In this document: in pieces, positions 63,023-64,000 of the stretch
Position numbering within the stretch: position 1 is the first letter of the stretch
How the letters are laid out: each line of letters begins with the position of its first letter
Source of the DNA: an uncultured Gemmataceae bacterium
Lineage (GTDB): Bacteria; Planctomycetota; Planctomycetia; Gemmatales; Gemmataceae
Assembly (NCBI GenBank): GCA_963750165.1
Contig: CAVVPN010000010.1
Coordinates: 128,001-192,000 of the forward strand
DNA: 64,000 nucleotides
Direction: 5' to 3'
Made by a program: the position numbers and the translations under genes
Notes under the pieces: model-generated
What the model was told of the DNA's origin: nothing
What the model saw: only the letters and a program-made list of their open reading frames with translations
Database searches by the model: none

Positions 63023-64000
63023 ATGAGTAAGCGCAACCGAAACTACCGCAGCGGCGATCGGGCAGAAGACCTTGGGATCTTCCTGTTGAAAGCGTTCTGC
63101 GCCGTGGCACCGATCCCCAGGCAGGAGGATTTCGGGTTGGCGGACGCCGTGGCCACACTTCTTCGGTCCGAGGGAAAGTTCTGGTACGCTGAGGACTCCT
63201 TTCTGGTGCAATTCAAATCCAGGACCGAAAAAAATTTGCCGCTGAAGGGGCCAGTCTTCGTACGGTGGCTCGCCCAGGATCTCTCGATTCTCGTCGGTCG
63301 GGTGAACCTCTTGACGGATTCGGTCGAGTTGTTCACGGCCGGTACAGCCCTGTTCGACCGCCGCGTGAATGAGGCCAAGGGTCTCTTGCTTTGGCTGAAA
63401 AGTGGTAAAGAGGGGCTTCACGACGAAATTTTACACCTGAAGTTGTTAAAGCCGATCCTGAAGTTGTCGGTAGCTGAGACAGAGAACTCAGGCTTCACTG
63501 ATCGAACCTACGGCATCCTAAAGGAGTGGCTCCGGCTAGAGCGATGGAACCGGCGTTACTTCCGTGCGGGCGTGGCACGCGAGATACTGTGGGAGACAAA
63601 CGAGATGCCCGAGGCGGGCGGGATAGTCCACACCTGGACCCCTGCCCACGGCCGGGAGGCCCTGGAAGACATCGAACCGCTAGTGCAGCTGCTCGGCGTG
63701 CATTCCCGACACCATCCCGAGTTATGGACCAGGCTACACGAGGTCGAAGCGACGCTTCGCGGTACAAATGACCTCGGCATGCCGGCTGGAATGTGGCCTT
63801 TCCTGCAATTGAGCGAAGATTCGTCCCGTCTGGCCGAAATCCTCAATCAGCACCCGACGGCGGATGTAGTCGCGACAATCCAGGTTCGGAGCTGGGATGC
63901 GCAAGGCGCCAACTTCTGGATTCATCTTCGTGGACAGAACAACGTGGGTAATTCGCACCGATACGAGGGAACATGGGAAGAGTTGAAGCAGAAGGGGTTT
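63023..64000 (+). CDS. PD-(D/E)XK (DUF4365-like) nuclease-domain protein, truncated by the window edge
   Basis: Open frame from ATG 63023 to the end (absent from the ORF track); G..AE...EDFGLAD...FLVQFKS motif. Confidence 0.7.
   Translation, partial: MSKRNRNYRSGDRAEDLGIFLLKAFCAVAPIPRQEDFGLADAVATLLRSEGKFWYAEDSFLVQFKSRTEKNLPLKGPVFVRWLAQDLSILVGRVNLLTDSVELFTAGTALFDRRVNEAKGLLLWLKSGKEGLHDEILHLKLLKPILKLSVAETENSGFTDRTYGILKEWLRLERWNRRYFRAGVAREILWETNEMPEAGGIVHTWTPAHGREALEDIEPLVQLLGVHSRHHPELWTRLHEVEATLRGTNDLGMPAGMWPFLQLSEDSSRLAEILNQHPTADVVATIQVRSWDAQGANFWIHLRGQNNVGNSHRYEGTWEELKQKGF

Larger units (their letters stand above)
36455..64000. mobile_element. Integrated mobilisable plasmid / IME (right end outside the window)
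   Basis: tRNA-adjacent; RepA plus iterons, ParA/ParG, primase, MOBF relaxase, defence cargo and IS elements; left boundary approximate. Confidence 0.8.

Noticed and set aside
54152..64000. Self-transmissible ICE or prophage
   Set aside because: No T4SS, coupling protein or phage structural genes within the window.

Overview
GC-rich bacterial DNA, most likely from a planctomycete (Gemmataceae-like, inferred from the repeat families and a lineage-typical protein family). About 1-36 kb is chromosomal backbone. It carries glycosyltransferases and an NHL/VWA/MoxR/DUF58/BatA operon interrupted by a HEPN gene pair. It also carries a type II fatty-acid/polyketide-like cluster (DH', KR, ACP, DH, CLF-like KS, KS, alpha/beta-hydrolase, GH3 amido synthetase), a 28-aa basic peptide, an SDR, tricorn protease, Rpn nuclease, mfd, a PPIase and many palindromic REP-like repeats. 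A tRNA-Ser(GGA) at 36370-36454, with an integrase remnant and arm-like repeats, marks the start of an integrated mobilisable plasmid/IME that runs off the right end. The element contains nested IS5 elements and a defence locus (GHKL/MORC ATPase, C5 DNA methyltransferase, ABC ATPase, HNH; Septu-like). It also has a RepB'-type primase, an iteron origin with RepA, ParA/ParG, a TGT/DpdA-like transglycosylase fused to an ISL3-type Zn-ribbon, a MOBF relaxase-helicase and small cargo genes. Several cargo proteins end in clamp-binding-like or T4SS-signal-like tails. About 11 single-base frameshifts in conserved genes suggest assembly indel errors, so fusions and pseudogene calls need read-level checking. 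All family assignments come from motif recognition by eye, not from database searches.
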